Below are positions 1 through 9,035 of a stretch of DNA of 64,000 nt, in pieces. A model generated the notes under the pieces. It was not told where the DNA came from, made no database searches, and saw only the letters and a list, made by a program, of their open reading frames with translations. The stretch covers positions 160,001-224,000 of the forward strand of contig CAXXVZ010000005.1 in assembly GCA_963678065.2 (NCBI GenBank), in the 5' to 3' direction. The stretch comes from Treponemataceae bacterium. GTDB taxonomy: Bacteria > Spirochaetota > Spirochaetia > Treponematales > Rectinemataceae. The number at the start of each line of letters is the position of its first letter. Positions within the stretch are counted from its first letter, which is position 1. A program made the translations under genes and the position numbers.

Positions 1-185
1 CCGGTCCCCAGCCGTGACGTGTCCAGTACCTGTCCTGTGGATCTGGCCTTTTCCAGCGAAGCGGCCAGACCCGTAATCCAGTTGGTCTCGCCTGCGGAAC
101 AAGGCTGGGCCACAAGGGCCACCGCGAAGACCGCCGCGATGGTCCTCGCGAGGGAAAAATCGGACAGCTGAAATCGGCGTACCAT
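1..185 (-). CDS. Partial hypothetical exported protein (runs off the window start)
   Basis: Own translation from ATG at 185: MVRRFQLSDFSLARTIAAVFAVALVAQPCSAGETNW..., which is signal-peptide-like. TGcTATACT lies 6 nt upstream. Confidence 0.55.
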   Translation of the reverse strand, partial: MVRRFQLSDFSLARTIAAVFAVALVAQPCSAGETNWITGLAASLEKARSTGQVLDTSRLGT

Positions 186-283
186 TCTCCGAGTATAGCA
201 TCGCGGTCTGTCTCAGTCGACACAATTCCTTGGCAAACAGGAATCGCTTCCGCAGAGAACGGAGGGGATGCTATACTCTTTGC

Positions 284-2281
284 ATGATGCCGCAAACCGA
301 ACGGACCGTCATCCTCATCGTGGACGACGACGCGAACAATCTCAGGCTTCTGGGTCTGATCCTGCGAGACGCTGGCTACGAGGCACTCGCCGTGCGCGAC
401 CCCGAACGGGTTCTCGCCGTCATCAAGGCGAAATCGCCCGAAATCGTCCTGCTCGACGTCTCGATGCCCAAGATAAACGGCTACGATGTGTGCAAGCAAA
501 TCCTGTCCGAGCCGGGATACGCCCGCCTTCCTGTCATCTTCCTCACTGCCAGGACCGAGCCGGAGGATCTCATCCGCGGCTTCAAGGCAGGGGCGGTGGA
601 CTACGTGACGAAACCATTCAACAAGACCGAACTTCTGGAGCGCGTCAAAAACCACATCGACCGCTGCCGCTACGAAAAGTCGCTCGCCGACGAGAAGGAT
701 CGTTTCCGCATCATGACGGAGAGTGTCGCGGAGGCCTTCATCCTCATCGGCGATGACATGAAGAAGATCGAGTATGTCAGTCCGGCCTTTGAGCGCATCT
801 TCGGTTTCTCGCCGCCCGGCACATCGGCCAGGCTGGATTTCCTCGCATCCTTCGTCTCCGCCGTGGATATCGAAAGCCTGAACATACTCCTCACAAAGAC
901 AGTCCGTCAGGGCATTCCGGGCAGCATAGAACTCCAGGTCACCCGCCCCGACGGCGTGGTCCGCTGGGCTTGGCTCCGGTCCACCGTCTCCAGCCTGGGA
1001 GGCGAGACCAAGCTGATCTGCGTGGTCGCGGACATCACCGAAAAGAAAACCGCGGAGCTGCAGATCCTCCGCGCGCACGAGGTCGCGGCCAGACTTGCGG
1101 GAGAAACCCGCAAGAGCCTCTCGACCTACGAGACGCGGCTCCGGAGTCTCGGCATCGACTCCGGCCTGCTCTCCATACCCTGCAAGAACATAGACGGCGA
1201 CTTCTTCGACATATTCATCAACAGAGAAACCGTGGATATCGTGGTCGGGGACGTGATGGGCAAGGGCATACACGCCGCCCTCGTCAGCTCGGGAGCCCGC
1301 ACCTGGTTCCTCCGGGCGCGCTTCCGCTTCGGCACCGGCAAGACCGGCCTCCCCTCGCCCGCCGTCATGGTCACGGACGTGGACCGTGCCATGACGCCCC
1401 ACCTCATCGGACTCAACTCCTTCTTCACCGCCCAGTACCTGCGCATCGACAGGGACGAAGGCTACCTCGAATTCGTGGACTGCGGTCACACGCCCATCCT
1501 CGTATGGGACGGCGAGAACTGCTGGTCTTACAAAGGAACGAACACGCCTATCGGATTCTTCGAGAATCAGAAATTCACTGCGCACCGACTGCCCTTCGGC
1601 CCCGAATCCGTCTTCATGGTGTATTCCGACGGAGTGACCGACACGATCAACCCCTCGGGAGATTCTTTCGGCGAGGAGAGGCTTCGCGAGGGTTTCGTCA
1701 GGAACGCCGGTAAATCCGCGCCGGAAATAGTCGCGGCGATGAGGGCCGAACTCGAGGACTTCGCCGCCGGGGCGCCCTGGAAAGACGACATCACGCTGGC
1801 CGCGTTCCGCATCGCGGAGGAGCCACCTGTTCCGGCTCCTCTGTACCGGAAATCCTTCGTCCTCCCCTCCAGTCTCGAATGCCTTTCCGAGGTGCGGAAG
1901 CTCCTCTCGGAAGCGCTCTCGTGCTACGACGATGCCGTCATGAACGAGACGAACCGGAGTCTGGCCATTCTTGCCGTCAACGAGGCGGCTTCCAACATCA
2001 TCATCCACGGGCTCAAGAAAATGCCGGCTGAAAGCTTCCGTTTCGCGCTGGAGGTCCACCCATCCTGGTACGCCATCACCTTCTCCTACCCAGGCCCCGA
2101 TTTCGATTGGGCCAGGATCAAGAAGTCCTCCGTCATCAACCTGGACGAGTCGGGCTACGGCATGGACATCATGCGCGAGACCATGTTCAGCGTGCTGTTC
2201 GCCCGCAACAGCCTCGGGGTGGCTCAATTCACCTTGACGGGACTGCCCGGAGGCAACGAGGCCGACGATGAATCCTGGTAA
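284..2281 (+). CDS. REC-PAS-PP2C(SpoIIE) phosphatase fused to an RsbW-like HATPase domain
   Basis: REC motifs ILIVDD, LLDVSMP, KPF; PAS-like middle; PP2C motifs GDFFD, GDVMGKG, DCGH, YSDG, DDIT; C-terminal NEAASNIIIHG and ESGYG. Start moved to ATG 284. Confidence 0.85.
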   Translation: MMPQTERTVILIVDDDANNLRLLGLILRDAGYEALAVRDPERVLAVIKAKSPEIVLLDVSMPKINGYDVCKQILSEPGYARLPVIFLTARTEPEDLIRGFKAGAVDYVTKPFNKTELLERVKNHIDRCRYEKSLADEKDRFRIMTESVAEAFILIGDDMKKIEYVSPAFERIFGFSPPGTSARLDFLASFVSAVDIESLNILLTKTVRQGIPGSIELQVTRPDGVVRWAWLRSTVSSLGGETKLICVVADITEKKTAELQILRAHEVAARLAGETRKSLSTYETRLRSLGIDSGLLSIPCKNIDGDFFDIFINRETVDIVVGDVMGKGIHAALVSSGARTWFLRARFRFGTGKTGLPSPAVMVTDVDRAMTPHLIGLNSFFTAQYLRIDRDEGYLEFVDCGHTPILVWDGENCWSYKGTNTPIGFFENQKFTAHRLPFGPESVFMVYSDGVTDTINPSGDSFGEERLREGFVRNAGKSAPEIVAAMRAELEDFAAGAPWKDDITLAAFRIAEEPPVPAPLYRKSFVLPSSLECLSEVRKLLSEALSCYDDAVMNETNRSLAILAVNEAASNIIIHGLKKMPAESFRFALEVHPSWYAITFSYPGPDFDWARIKKSSVINLDESGYGMDIMRETMFSVLFARNSLGVAQFTLTGLPGGNEADDESW

Positions 2282-4337
2282 TGACCCTGTCTCTTGCCTT
2301 TCATCCCGGCCAATGGACGATCCCGAGGAGACTCGGCAGGCCGAGGGGGCGCGCGTCCTTTTGCGCGTGTCCTCGCGGGCCGTGGCTCTCCTTCTGAGGG
2401 AACGCGACTTCGACGTGGCCGTGTCGGAGAGCCTCAGGATAATCGGGGAAGGAGCAAAGGCGGACAGGTCCTACCTTTTCCGCACACACTACGACACCAA
2501 AGGCGCAGGGTCGATGAGTCTGCGCTTCGAATGGAATTCCGGAGTCGCCGCGCCGCAGATCGACAACCCCCGGCTCCAGGACATGCCCTTCGAGGCTCTC
2601 CCCCAATTCATCGAATCCATGCTGAAAGGCGAAATTTTCCACGGCCAGGTCAGCAGTTTCGATGAAAATCTCAAGGCCATTCTCGAACCCCAGCAGATTC
2701 TCTCCATTATCATCCTTCCGATTATGGTGGACGGCGTCTTCTGGGGCTTCGTGGGCTTCGACGACTGCACGACCGGGCGCGTCTGGCACGAAGACGAACG
2801 CGCCATCCTGCTCGCCTACACGAGCGCGATCGGCGCCGTGGTCGAAAGGGTGAACAGGGAAAACGAAATCTGGGCCGCCAAGGCGGCGGCCGAATCGGCC
2901 AACAAGGCAAAAAGCGCCTTCGTCGCCAACGTATCCCATGAAATACGCACCCCCCTCAACGCCATCCTCGGCTTCGCCGAGCTGGTCATGGACAGGACGA
3001 CAGACCCCAAACTCAAAGAGTACGGGGAAGGCATCAGTATCGCGGGACACAACCTCCTCTCCCTGATAAACGACATCCTCGATCTCTCCAAGATCGAAGC
3101 AAACAGGCTGGAAATCCGACCGAGGCCCATCTCATTGCCGGGCATGCTTGCGGAAATGCGGAGTGTGTTCAGCCTGAAAGCCGAAAAACAAGGCCTCGAC
3201 TACGATGTCCTTATCCCGGAGAACCTGCCCGAAACCATCATCGCCGACCCGACCAGAATCCGGCAGATCCTGTTCAACCTCATCGGCAACGCATTCAAGT
3301 ACACGGAGAAAGGCTATGTCAGGCTCGGATGCTCCTCCAGGCCCTCGGGGGCGAACAGGGTCGACATCGAGATCACGGTGGCTGATTCCGGCATCGGCAT
3401 ACCGGAAAACCAGCAAAACAATGTCTTCGAGGCTTTCCGGCAGCACGAAGACGACAGCACCCGCAAGTACGGCGGCACAGGGCTCGGACTGACCATCACG
3501 CGGAGGATCGCCAACCTCATGGGCGGACGGATTACAGTCCGGAGCGCGCTTGGAAAGGGAAGCGTCTTCACGGTTCACCTGCCGAAGATTCCGGTCACCG
3601 AAGAGAAGCGCGGCCGCGAGGAAGTCACAGCCAAGAACAGAGTGTTCGCCCCCGCCACAGTCCTGCTCGTCGACGACATCGCTTCAAACAGAGCCGTCAT
3701 GCGCGGCTTCCTCGAGAACACGGCGATAAAACTCCTGGAGGCGGGAAACGGCGAAGAGGCGCTGGAGATAGTGAAAAAAGTGAAGCCCGACATGATATTC
3801 ATGGACATGCAGATGCCTGTCATGGACGGAAGGACGGCGCTCCGGGAACTGCGGGAGACCCCTTCGACTTCCAAGATTCCGGTCGTGGCGCTCACCGCGA
3901 GCGCGCTCGGCCGCGATGAGGACGACATAAAGACTCTGTGCGAAGGCTATCTGCGCAAACCCGTTTCCAGGACCGAACTTTTCGCCGAGATGGCCCGCTT
4001 CCTCGACTCCGAAGGCCAGGGTCCCGCGAAGGAGGCCCGCGCCGAACCGCCGTCGAATCTTTCGGATGTGAAGCGTTTTTCTTTTCCACAGTCCTACTGC
4101 GCGCTTTTCGAGGGCAAATGGCGGCATGCCTCGGAGCTGCTCAGCATCGACGACCTCGGCAACTTCGCGGGCGACCTCGCCATAGAGGCGGCGAAGCTCG
4201 ATGACGAGGTCGCCATGAAATACGCCGCGGAGCTCGCCGACGCCTGCGCGTCATTCGACCTCGTCCGGATGGAGGCAGTCTTCGCGAGATTCCCCGAACT
4301 CGCGGGTTTTGCCTGCGGCGACGGGGATATACTCTGA
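2268..4337 (+). CDS. Hybrid sensor histidine kinase (GAF-HisKA-HATPase-REC)
   Basis: GAF (GFVGFDDC), H-box SHEIRTPLN, NLIGNAFKYT, DSGIG, GTGLGL, REC LLVDD/MDMQMP. Confidence 0.93.
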   Translation: MNPGNDPVSCLSSRPMDDPEETRQAEGARVLLRVSSRAVALLLRERDFDVAVSESLRIIGEGAKADRSYLFRTHYDTKGAGSMSLRFEWNSGVAAPQIDNPRLQDMPFEALPQFIESMLKGEIFHGQVSSFDENLKAILEPQQILSIIILPIMVDGVFWGFVGFDDCTTGRVWHEDERAILLAYTSAIGAVVERVNRENEIWAAKAAAESANKAKSAFVANVSHEIRTPLNAILGFAELVMDRTTDPKLKEYGEGISIAGHNLLSLINDILDLSKIEANRLEIRPRPISLPGMLAEMRSVFSLKAEKQGLDYDVLIPENLPETIIADPTRIRQILFNLIGNAFKYTEKGYVRLGCSSRPSGANRVDIEITVADSGIGIPENQQNNVFEAFRQHEDDSTRKYGGTGLGLTITRRIANLMGGRITVRSALGKGSVFTVHLPKIPVTEEKRGREEVTAKNRVFAPATVLLVDDIASNRAVMRGFLENTAIKLLEAGNGEEALEIVKKVKPDMIFMDMQMPVMDGRTALRELRETPSTSKIPVVALTASALGRDEDDIKTLCEGYLRKPVSRTELFAEMARFLDSEGQGPAKEARAEPPSNLSDVKRFSFPQSYCALFEGKWRHASELLSIDDLGNFAGDLAIEAAKLDDEVAMKYAAELADACASFDLVRMEAVFARFPELAGFACGDGDIL

Positions 4338-4362
4338 TATAGATATAAAGGAGAATTCCGTC

Positions 4363-4863
4363 ATGGATATTCGTGAACTGTCCGGTCTCGATCTCGCTGG
4401 GGCGAAGAGTCTGCTCCTGGCCTTCGCGACCGATGCGAAACGTCTGGACAAGGAAATCGCGGCGGCCGGAGAGGAAAGAAAGCTCTGGACTTCCCGGGTC
4501 GCGCTCGCACAGGGCAAGGGGATGGCCGAACTCGCCGCGGCGGCCACAGCGAAGCTCGCGGAGCTGGAAAGCAGAATGCAGTCTCTCGAGGGGGAGCGCG
4601 CCTCGATGCAGCATGACCTGAGTCAGCTCAAGGAGGCCATTCCGGGCATCAGTGCGAAGGAGCGGAGCATCGATCCTGACAGACTGCTCGCGGAAATCCA
4701 GCTCGTGACCGGTGAGCTTCTCCAGCCGGAGGCCGCTGCGGCCGAGGCCGAGATCGGCAGAATCGAATCGGCGGCGGGTGTGGAAGACGCCCTCGCGGCG
4801 CTCAAGAAAAAAATGGGCGGTCCCGACGCGACCCACGGCGACAATTCCGGCAGCCAGGCATGA
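4363..4863 (+). CDS. Short PspA/IM30-like coiled-coil protein
   Basis: WTSRVALAQGKGMAELAAAA and C-terminal EDALAALKKKMG resemble PspA; AAGGAG SD before ATG 4363. Confidence 0.6.
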   Translation: MDIRELSGLDLAGAKSLLLAFATDAKRLDKEIAAAGEERKLWTSRVALAQGKGMAELAAAATAKLAELESRMQSLEGERASMQHDLSQLKEAIPGISAKERSIDPDRLLAEIQLVTGELLQPEAAAAEAEIGRIESAAGVEDALAALKKKMGGPDATHGDNSGSQA

Positions 4864-5645
4864 AACTTCCCCTCCTGCCGGATTTTCCGAGGCCGCTGGT
4901 CTTCGCGCACCGCGGGCTCTCCGCCCGGGCGCCCGAAAACACTCGCGCGGCCTTCGGCCTGGCGATGAAAGAAGGCATTCCGGGCATCGAACTCGACGTC
5001 CACCTCAGCGCTGATGGCAAGCTCGTCGTCATCCACGATCATTTCACGGGCAGAACAGCCCCGGGGAGCCGGGAGCTGTCGGGATCGCCCGATGGTTTCA
5101 AAGTCGAGACGACCGCGTGGGATGTTCTCCGCCGGCTGGACGCAGGGTCCTGGAAGGGGCCGGAATACGCTTCCGAATGCCTCATGCTCCTTTGTGAACT
5201 CTTCGACGAGACGGGCGGGCGCGTCTACTACGATATCGAGCTGAAATCGGGGGCAAAGGCGGATTACGGCCTCGAGAAGGCCCTCGCGCACGAGATCGCG
5301 CGCTCGGGGCTCGGAAATCGATGTCTCGTCTCCAGCTTCAATCCCTTCTCTCTCGCGCGCTTCAAGGGATTCGCGCCCGAGATCCCCACCGGAATCATCT
5401 GGTGCAGGTCGGAAGAGCTGCCCTTCTTCCTCAGACGAGGCGAGGGACGCTGGATCGCGGCGGCCGACTACCTGAAGCCCGACCATGTGCTCGCGAAGCC
5501 CGCCTCGCGCATCGCCTGGAAGCTGACGGGGCACAGCACCTTCGTGCCCTGGACAGTGGACGAGCCGACGGAAGCGAGGCGGCTCCTCGCCCTCGGAGCC
5601 GAAGGCCTCATCTCGAACGACCCGACGGCTCTCGGCATTCTCTGA
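4860..5645 (+). CDS. Glycerophosphodiester phosphodiesterase (UgpQ/GlpQ family)
   Basis: AHRG, PENT, IELDV, VIHD, IELK, SSF, WTVD, ISND motifs; ATGA overlap with the upstream gene. Confidence 0.92.
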   Translation: MKLPLLPDFPRPLVFAHRGLSARAPENTRAAFGLAMKEGIPGIELDVHLSADGKLVVIHDHFTGRTAPGSRELSGSPDGFKVETTAWDVLRRLDAGSWKGPEYASECLMLLCELFDETGGRVYYDIELKSGAKADYGLEKALAHEIARSGLGNRCLVSSFNPFSLARFKGFAPEIPTGIIWCRSEELPFFLRRGEGRWIAAADYLKPDHVLAKPASRIAWKLTGHSTFVPWTVDEPTEARRLLALGAEGLISNDPTALGIL

Positions 5646-5756
5646 AAGAGAATGAACGAACCCCGGAGCAGAGCTGCGAGGAGTAAACCTGCGTGCAAAT
5701 CACGTCTGCCCCCCGGAAGCCCCGCAGGCAAGGCGCTGTCCGGACACGAAGCCCGC

Positions 5757-7442
5757 TCAGCCCCGGGATTCGTGCACGGAGCGGGCTATGGGCATGCGCC
5801 GGCCGAGGCCGAAGGCCCGGCGCGACACTTTGAGGACGGGCGCCGCCTGTCTGCGCTTGTATTCGGCCTTCGCCGTCATGGTGATCACCCTCTCCACGAG
5901 GGCTCGATCGTGGCCTCTCGCGACGATTTCGGCGCAGGAAAGCTCCTCCTCGATGTACAGTTCCAGGATGGTGTCGAGGATATCGTAGGGGGGCAGGCTG
6001 TCCTGATCCTTCTGGTCATGGCGAAGTTCGGCGCTCGGCGCCTTGGTCAGGATGGGCTCGGGAATGACCGATCTCCCTCCGTAGCGCGACGCGAGTTTTT
6101 TGTTCAGGTAGCGGGAGAGCTCGTAGACTTCCGTCTTGAGGAGGTCTCCGATCGGGGCGAGGGCTCCGCACATGTCGCCGTACAGGGTGCAGTAGCCGAC
6201 GGCGATCTCGCTCTTGTTGCCTGTCGTGAGCACCATGCCGCCGAACTTGTTGGACCACGACATGAGAATGGCCCCCCTGATGCGCGCCTGGAGGTTCTCC
6301 TCGGCGAGGCCGAAGGGGATTCCCTCGAAACGGGGCTCGAGAAGTTCGAGGTAGGCGGTGAAGGGGCCTTCTATGGGAAGGGTGACGAGCCTGATGCCCG
6401 CTATCCTGCACAGCTCCTCCGAGTCCGAGATGGAGCCGTCGCTCGAAAAGCGGGAAGGCATGGCGATGCAGGTGACGTTTTCCGCCCCGATCGCCTCGGC
6501 GGCCAGCACGGCCACGAGGGCGGAATCGATGCCTCCCGAGAGTCCGAGACAGGCTTTGGAGAATCCGCATTTCCCCATGTAATCGCGGATTCCGATGACG
6601 AGGGCTGTTCCGATCTCCTCCATGCGCGCCTCGGGCTCCGCTTCCGGCCCGGGCTCGGAGGCGAGTTCCGCGGTGTCGACCACGAGGAGTTCCTCGCCCC
6701 ATCCGGCCATGCGGCGGAGCCTGCCCGAGGAGTCCAGCGCGAAGGATCTGCCGTCGAAAATGAGCGAATCGTTCGCACCCGTCATGTTGCAGTACAGGAC
6801 CGGAATGCCACCTTCCCTGGCGGCCTTGGCCGCGAGCCTCTGCCGGGTTTCCATCTTCCCCGAAACGAAGGGGGAGGCGGAGGGCACTATGAGGAGGTCG
6901 GCGCCGGCGTCGAGAAGCTCCTTCACCGGATCGATGCTGTATTTGAAATCCCGCGAGGGCGGAGCCTCCCACCAGATGTCCTCACAGATGGCGAAGCCGA
7001 TGTTTTCGCCGGCGAGTTCGAACACTTTCCGCTCACGGGCCGGCTCGAAATACCTCGCCTCGTCGAAGACGTCGTAGGTGGGAAGAAGGGTCTTTGCCTG
7101 GGAGAACACGATCCTGCCATCTTTGATGACGGTCATGGCATTGACGAGTGAACGGCCCGGACCTCTCCGGTTTTTGTCCACATGGCCGACCGCGACAGCC
7201 ACATCCACGGGAAGCGAGCGCTGCAACAGGCGCAAGGCCGAGAGGCATCCGGCGACAAAAGACTCCTGCTCGAGCAGGTCGAGAGGAGGATAGCCGCAGA
7301 GACAGAGCTCCGGAAAGACGACGAGATCGGGTCGCCGCACGGATGGAGCGGAAGAGGCCTCTTCCACGAAGGACTGTATCCGTTTCCTGTTGCCGTCGAA
7401 ATCGCCGATGACGGAGTTTATCTGCGCGAGCGCTATGTTCAT
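5757..7442 (-). CDS. nadE: Glutamine-dependent NAD+ synthetase
   Basis: Nitrilase domain (FPEL, K, ICEDIW) plus LGLSGGIDS, ENLQARIRG, TGNKSE, PSAEL. Confidence 0.97.
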   Translation of the reverse strand: MNIALAQINSVIGDFDGNRKRIQSFVEEASSAPSVRRPDLVVFPELCLCGYPPLDLLEQESFVAGCLSALRLLQRSLPVDVAVAVGHVDKNRRGPGRSLVNAMTVIKDGRIVFSQAKTLLPTYDVFDEARYFEPARERKVFELAGENIGFAICEDIWWEAPPSRDFKYSIDPVKELLDAGADLLIVPSASPFVSGKMETRQRLAAKAAREGGIPVLYCNMTGANDSLIFDGRSFALDSSGRLRRMAGWGEELLVVDTAELASEPGPEAEPEARMEEIGTALVIGIRDYMGKCGFSKACLGLSGGIDSALVAVLAAEAIGAENVTCIAMPSRFSSDGSISDSEELCRIAGIRLVTLPIEGPFTAYLELLEPRFEGIPFGLAEENLQARIRGAILMSWSNKFGGMVLTTGNKSEIAVGYCTLYGDMCGALAPIGDLLKTEVYELSRYLNKKLASRYGGRSVIPEPILTKAPSAELRHDQKDQDSLPPYDILDTILELYIEEELSCAEIVARGHDRALVERVITMTAKAEYKRRQAAPVLKVSRRAFGLGRRMPIARSVHESRG

Positions 7443-7470
7443 GCTATACCTCCAGACGTGACCGGGAATC

Positions 7471-8475
7471 TCAGCCCTTTATCTTTTTCCTGAGCTTGCG
7501 CCCCTTCAACGGCTGCGCCGTCGCGGCGGCGAGCTGCAGCTGTCGCTTCCGGAGTACGGCTATCATTGCCCAGCCTCCTATAATCATAAAAAGGCAGAGA
7601 AGCTGCCCCATCGAAAAATTGAAGGGCGTCACGAAGCGGGAAGTCGGGGCAGAGGGATCTCCCAGCTTGATGATGTATCCGAGCGAAGCGTCAGGCTCCC
7701 TGAAATACTCGATGAAAAACCTCACGACCCCATACCCGATCGCGTACATTCCGACGGAGTAGCCGGGGAAAGGCTTCCTTTTCCGGACGATGAACCAGAG
7801 AAAAACCCAGAGGAGGAGCCCCTCGAAGAGGGCTTCGTAGAGCTGGGAAGGGTGGCGCGGGAGGTTGATCATGTCGTTGAGTGAGGACATGGGGATGCCC
7901 ACCTTTATCGCCAGTTCCTGAACCCAGAGATCCCTCGCGGGGAAGGAAGGCGCATAGGGGAAGACTATTCCCCAGCGCATGTGGGTCACCTTGCCCCAGA
8001 GCTCGCCGTTGATGAAATTGCCGAGTCTTCCGAAGGTGTAGCCGAGAGGGGCGCCGACGGCCACCGTATCGGCCAGGAGAAGCCAGCTCTCGCCCTTGAC
8101 CTTGCACCAGACGAGAGTGGCGACGATGAGGCCGACGAAACCGCCGTGGAAGGACATGCCCTGGAAACCGACAAAGCGGCCCGACTCGTCGAAGGGCCAG
8201 AAGATGAACCAGGGCTTGCGCCAATAGAAATCGGTGGGTTCGTAGATGAGTGTGCCGGCGAGCCTTCCCCCGAGGAGAATTCCCGCGATACCCCAGAAGA
8301 ACACGTTCGTCATGTCATCGTCGGTCATTTTCAGGCCGATGCGCCGCGATTCCTTGCGGAGGAGCACCCACGCGCAGGCGAAGGCGAGGACATACATGAG
8401 GCCATACCAGCGGAATGGCAGGCCGGGGATGATCTCCGGCTTGAGCCATGCAGGAAAATCCAGATACGCTTTCAT
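7471..8475 (-). CDS. lgt: Prolipoprotein diacylglyceryl transferase
   Basis: RWYG, GMSFHGG, GRLGNFINGELWG, RHPSQLYE, RFFIEYFREPD. Confidence 0.97.
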   Translation of the reverse strand: MKAYLDFPAWLKPEIIPGLPFRWYGLMYVLAFACAWVLLRKESRRIGLKMTDDDMTNVFFWGIAGILLGGRLAGTLIYEPTDFYWRKPWFIFWPFDESGRFVGFQGMSFHGGFVGLIVATLVWCKVKGESWLLLADTVAVGAPLGYTFGRLGNFINGELWGKVTHMRWGIVFPYAPSFPARDLWVQELAIKVGIPMSSLNDMINLPRHPSQLYEALFEGLLLWVFLWFIVRKRKPFPGYSVGMYAIGYGVVRFFIEYFREPDASLGYIIKLGDPSAPTSRFVTPFNFSMGQLLCLFMIIGGWAMIAVLRKRQLQLAAATAQPLKGRKLRKKIKG

Positions 8476-8915
8476 TGCGACTCCTTGGTGGAGGTGTCGG
8501 TTTCCGTCTCACTGGTTTCCGCCACGTTTCCGGAAACGAGGAGGCAGGCCGTACTGAAGAGGTCCAAAAGGACTACCGCGAATCCCGCGAACAGGGCGGA
8601 ACGCGGAATCATGAAGCCGCCTCGCCCCGTCCGCGCGGCGACGAACAGGGACAGGGCCAGAAAGGCGCCAGGAATCACGAGAGCCGCCTTCCCCGCCAGC
8701 AGCAGGGACCTGAACCGCGCGTAGCGCGGCTGGTCGAGCCAGAGGAAGAAAAAGCCGGCGGCAAACAGGAGCTGCGGCAGGCAGGCGTAGCGAAAAAGCG
8801 CATTTCCCGCGATGCCGGCGGCCGGAAACCCGAGCGCCGAAGCCAGGAAAATTACAATGAAATAACGGATAGTTTCCGTTATGGACGCTGCCAGGAACCT
8901 CGTTTTTTTCCTCAT
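8472..8915 (-). CDS. Hypothetical membrane protein (about 4 TM) upstream of lgt
   Basis: Hydrophobic ORF from ATG 8915 whose stop overlaps the lgt start; TTGACT-18-TAGACT upstream. Confidence 0.6.
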   Translation of the reverse strand: MRKKTRFLAASITETIRYFIVIFLASALGFPAAGIAGNALFRYACLPQLLFAAGFFFLWLDQPRYARFRSLLLAGKAALVIPGAFLALSLFVAARTGRGGFMIPRSALFAGFAVVLLDLFSTACLLVSGNVAETSETETDTSTKESQ

Positions 8916-9035
8916 GATGCTCCGGCAGTCTAGTTTCAGGCCCCGTCCACAGTCAAGGCAGTGAACTGCCTCATCAATTTTCCACCCCCGGGGAGAGTTG
9001 ACAGCGTGGCTCGGTAAAACGATATTCTCTATACA

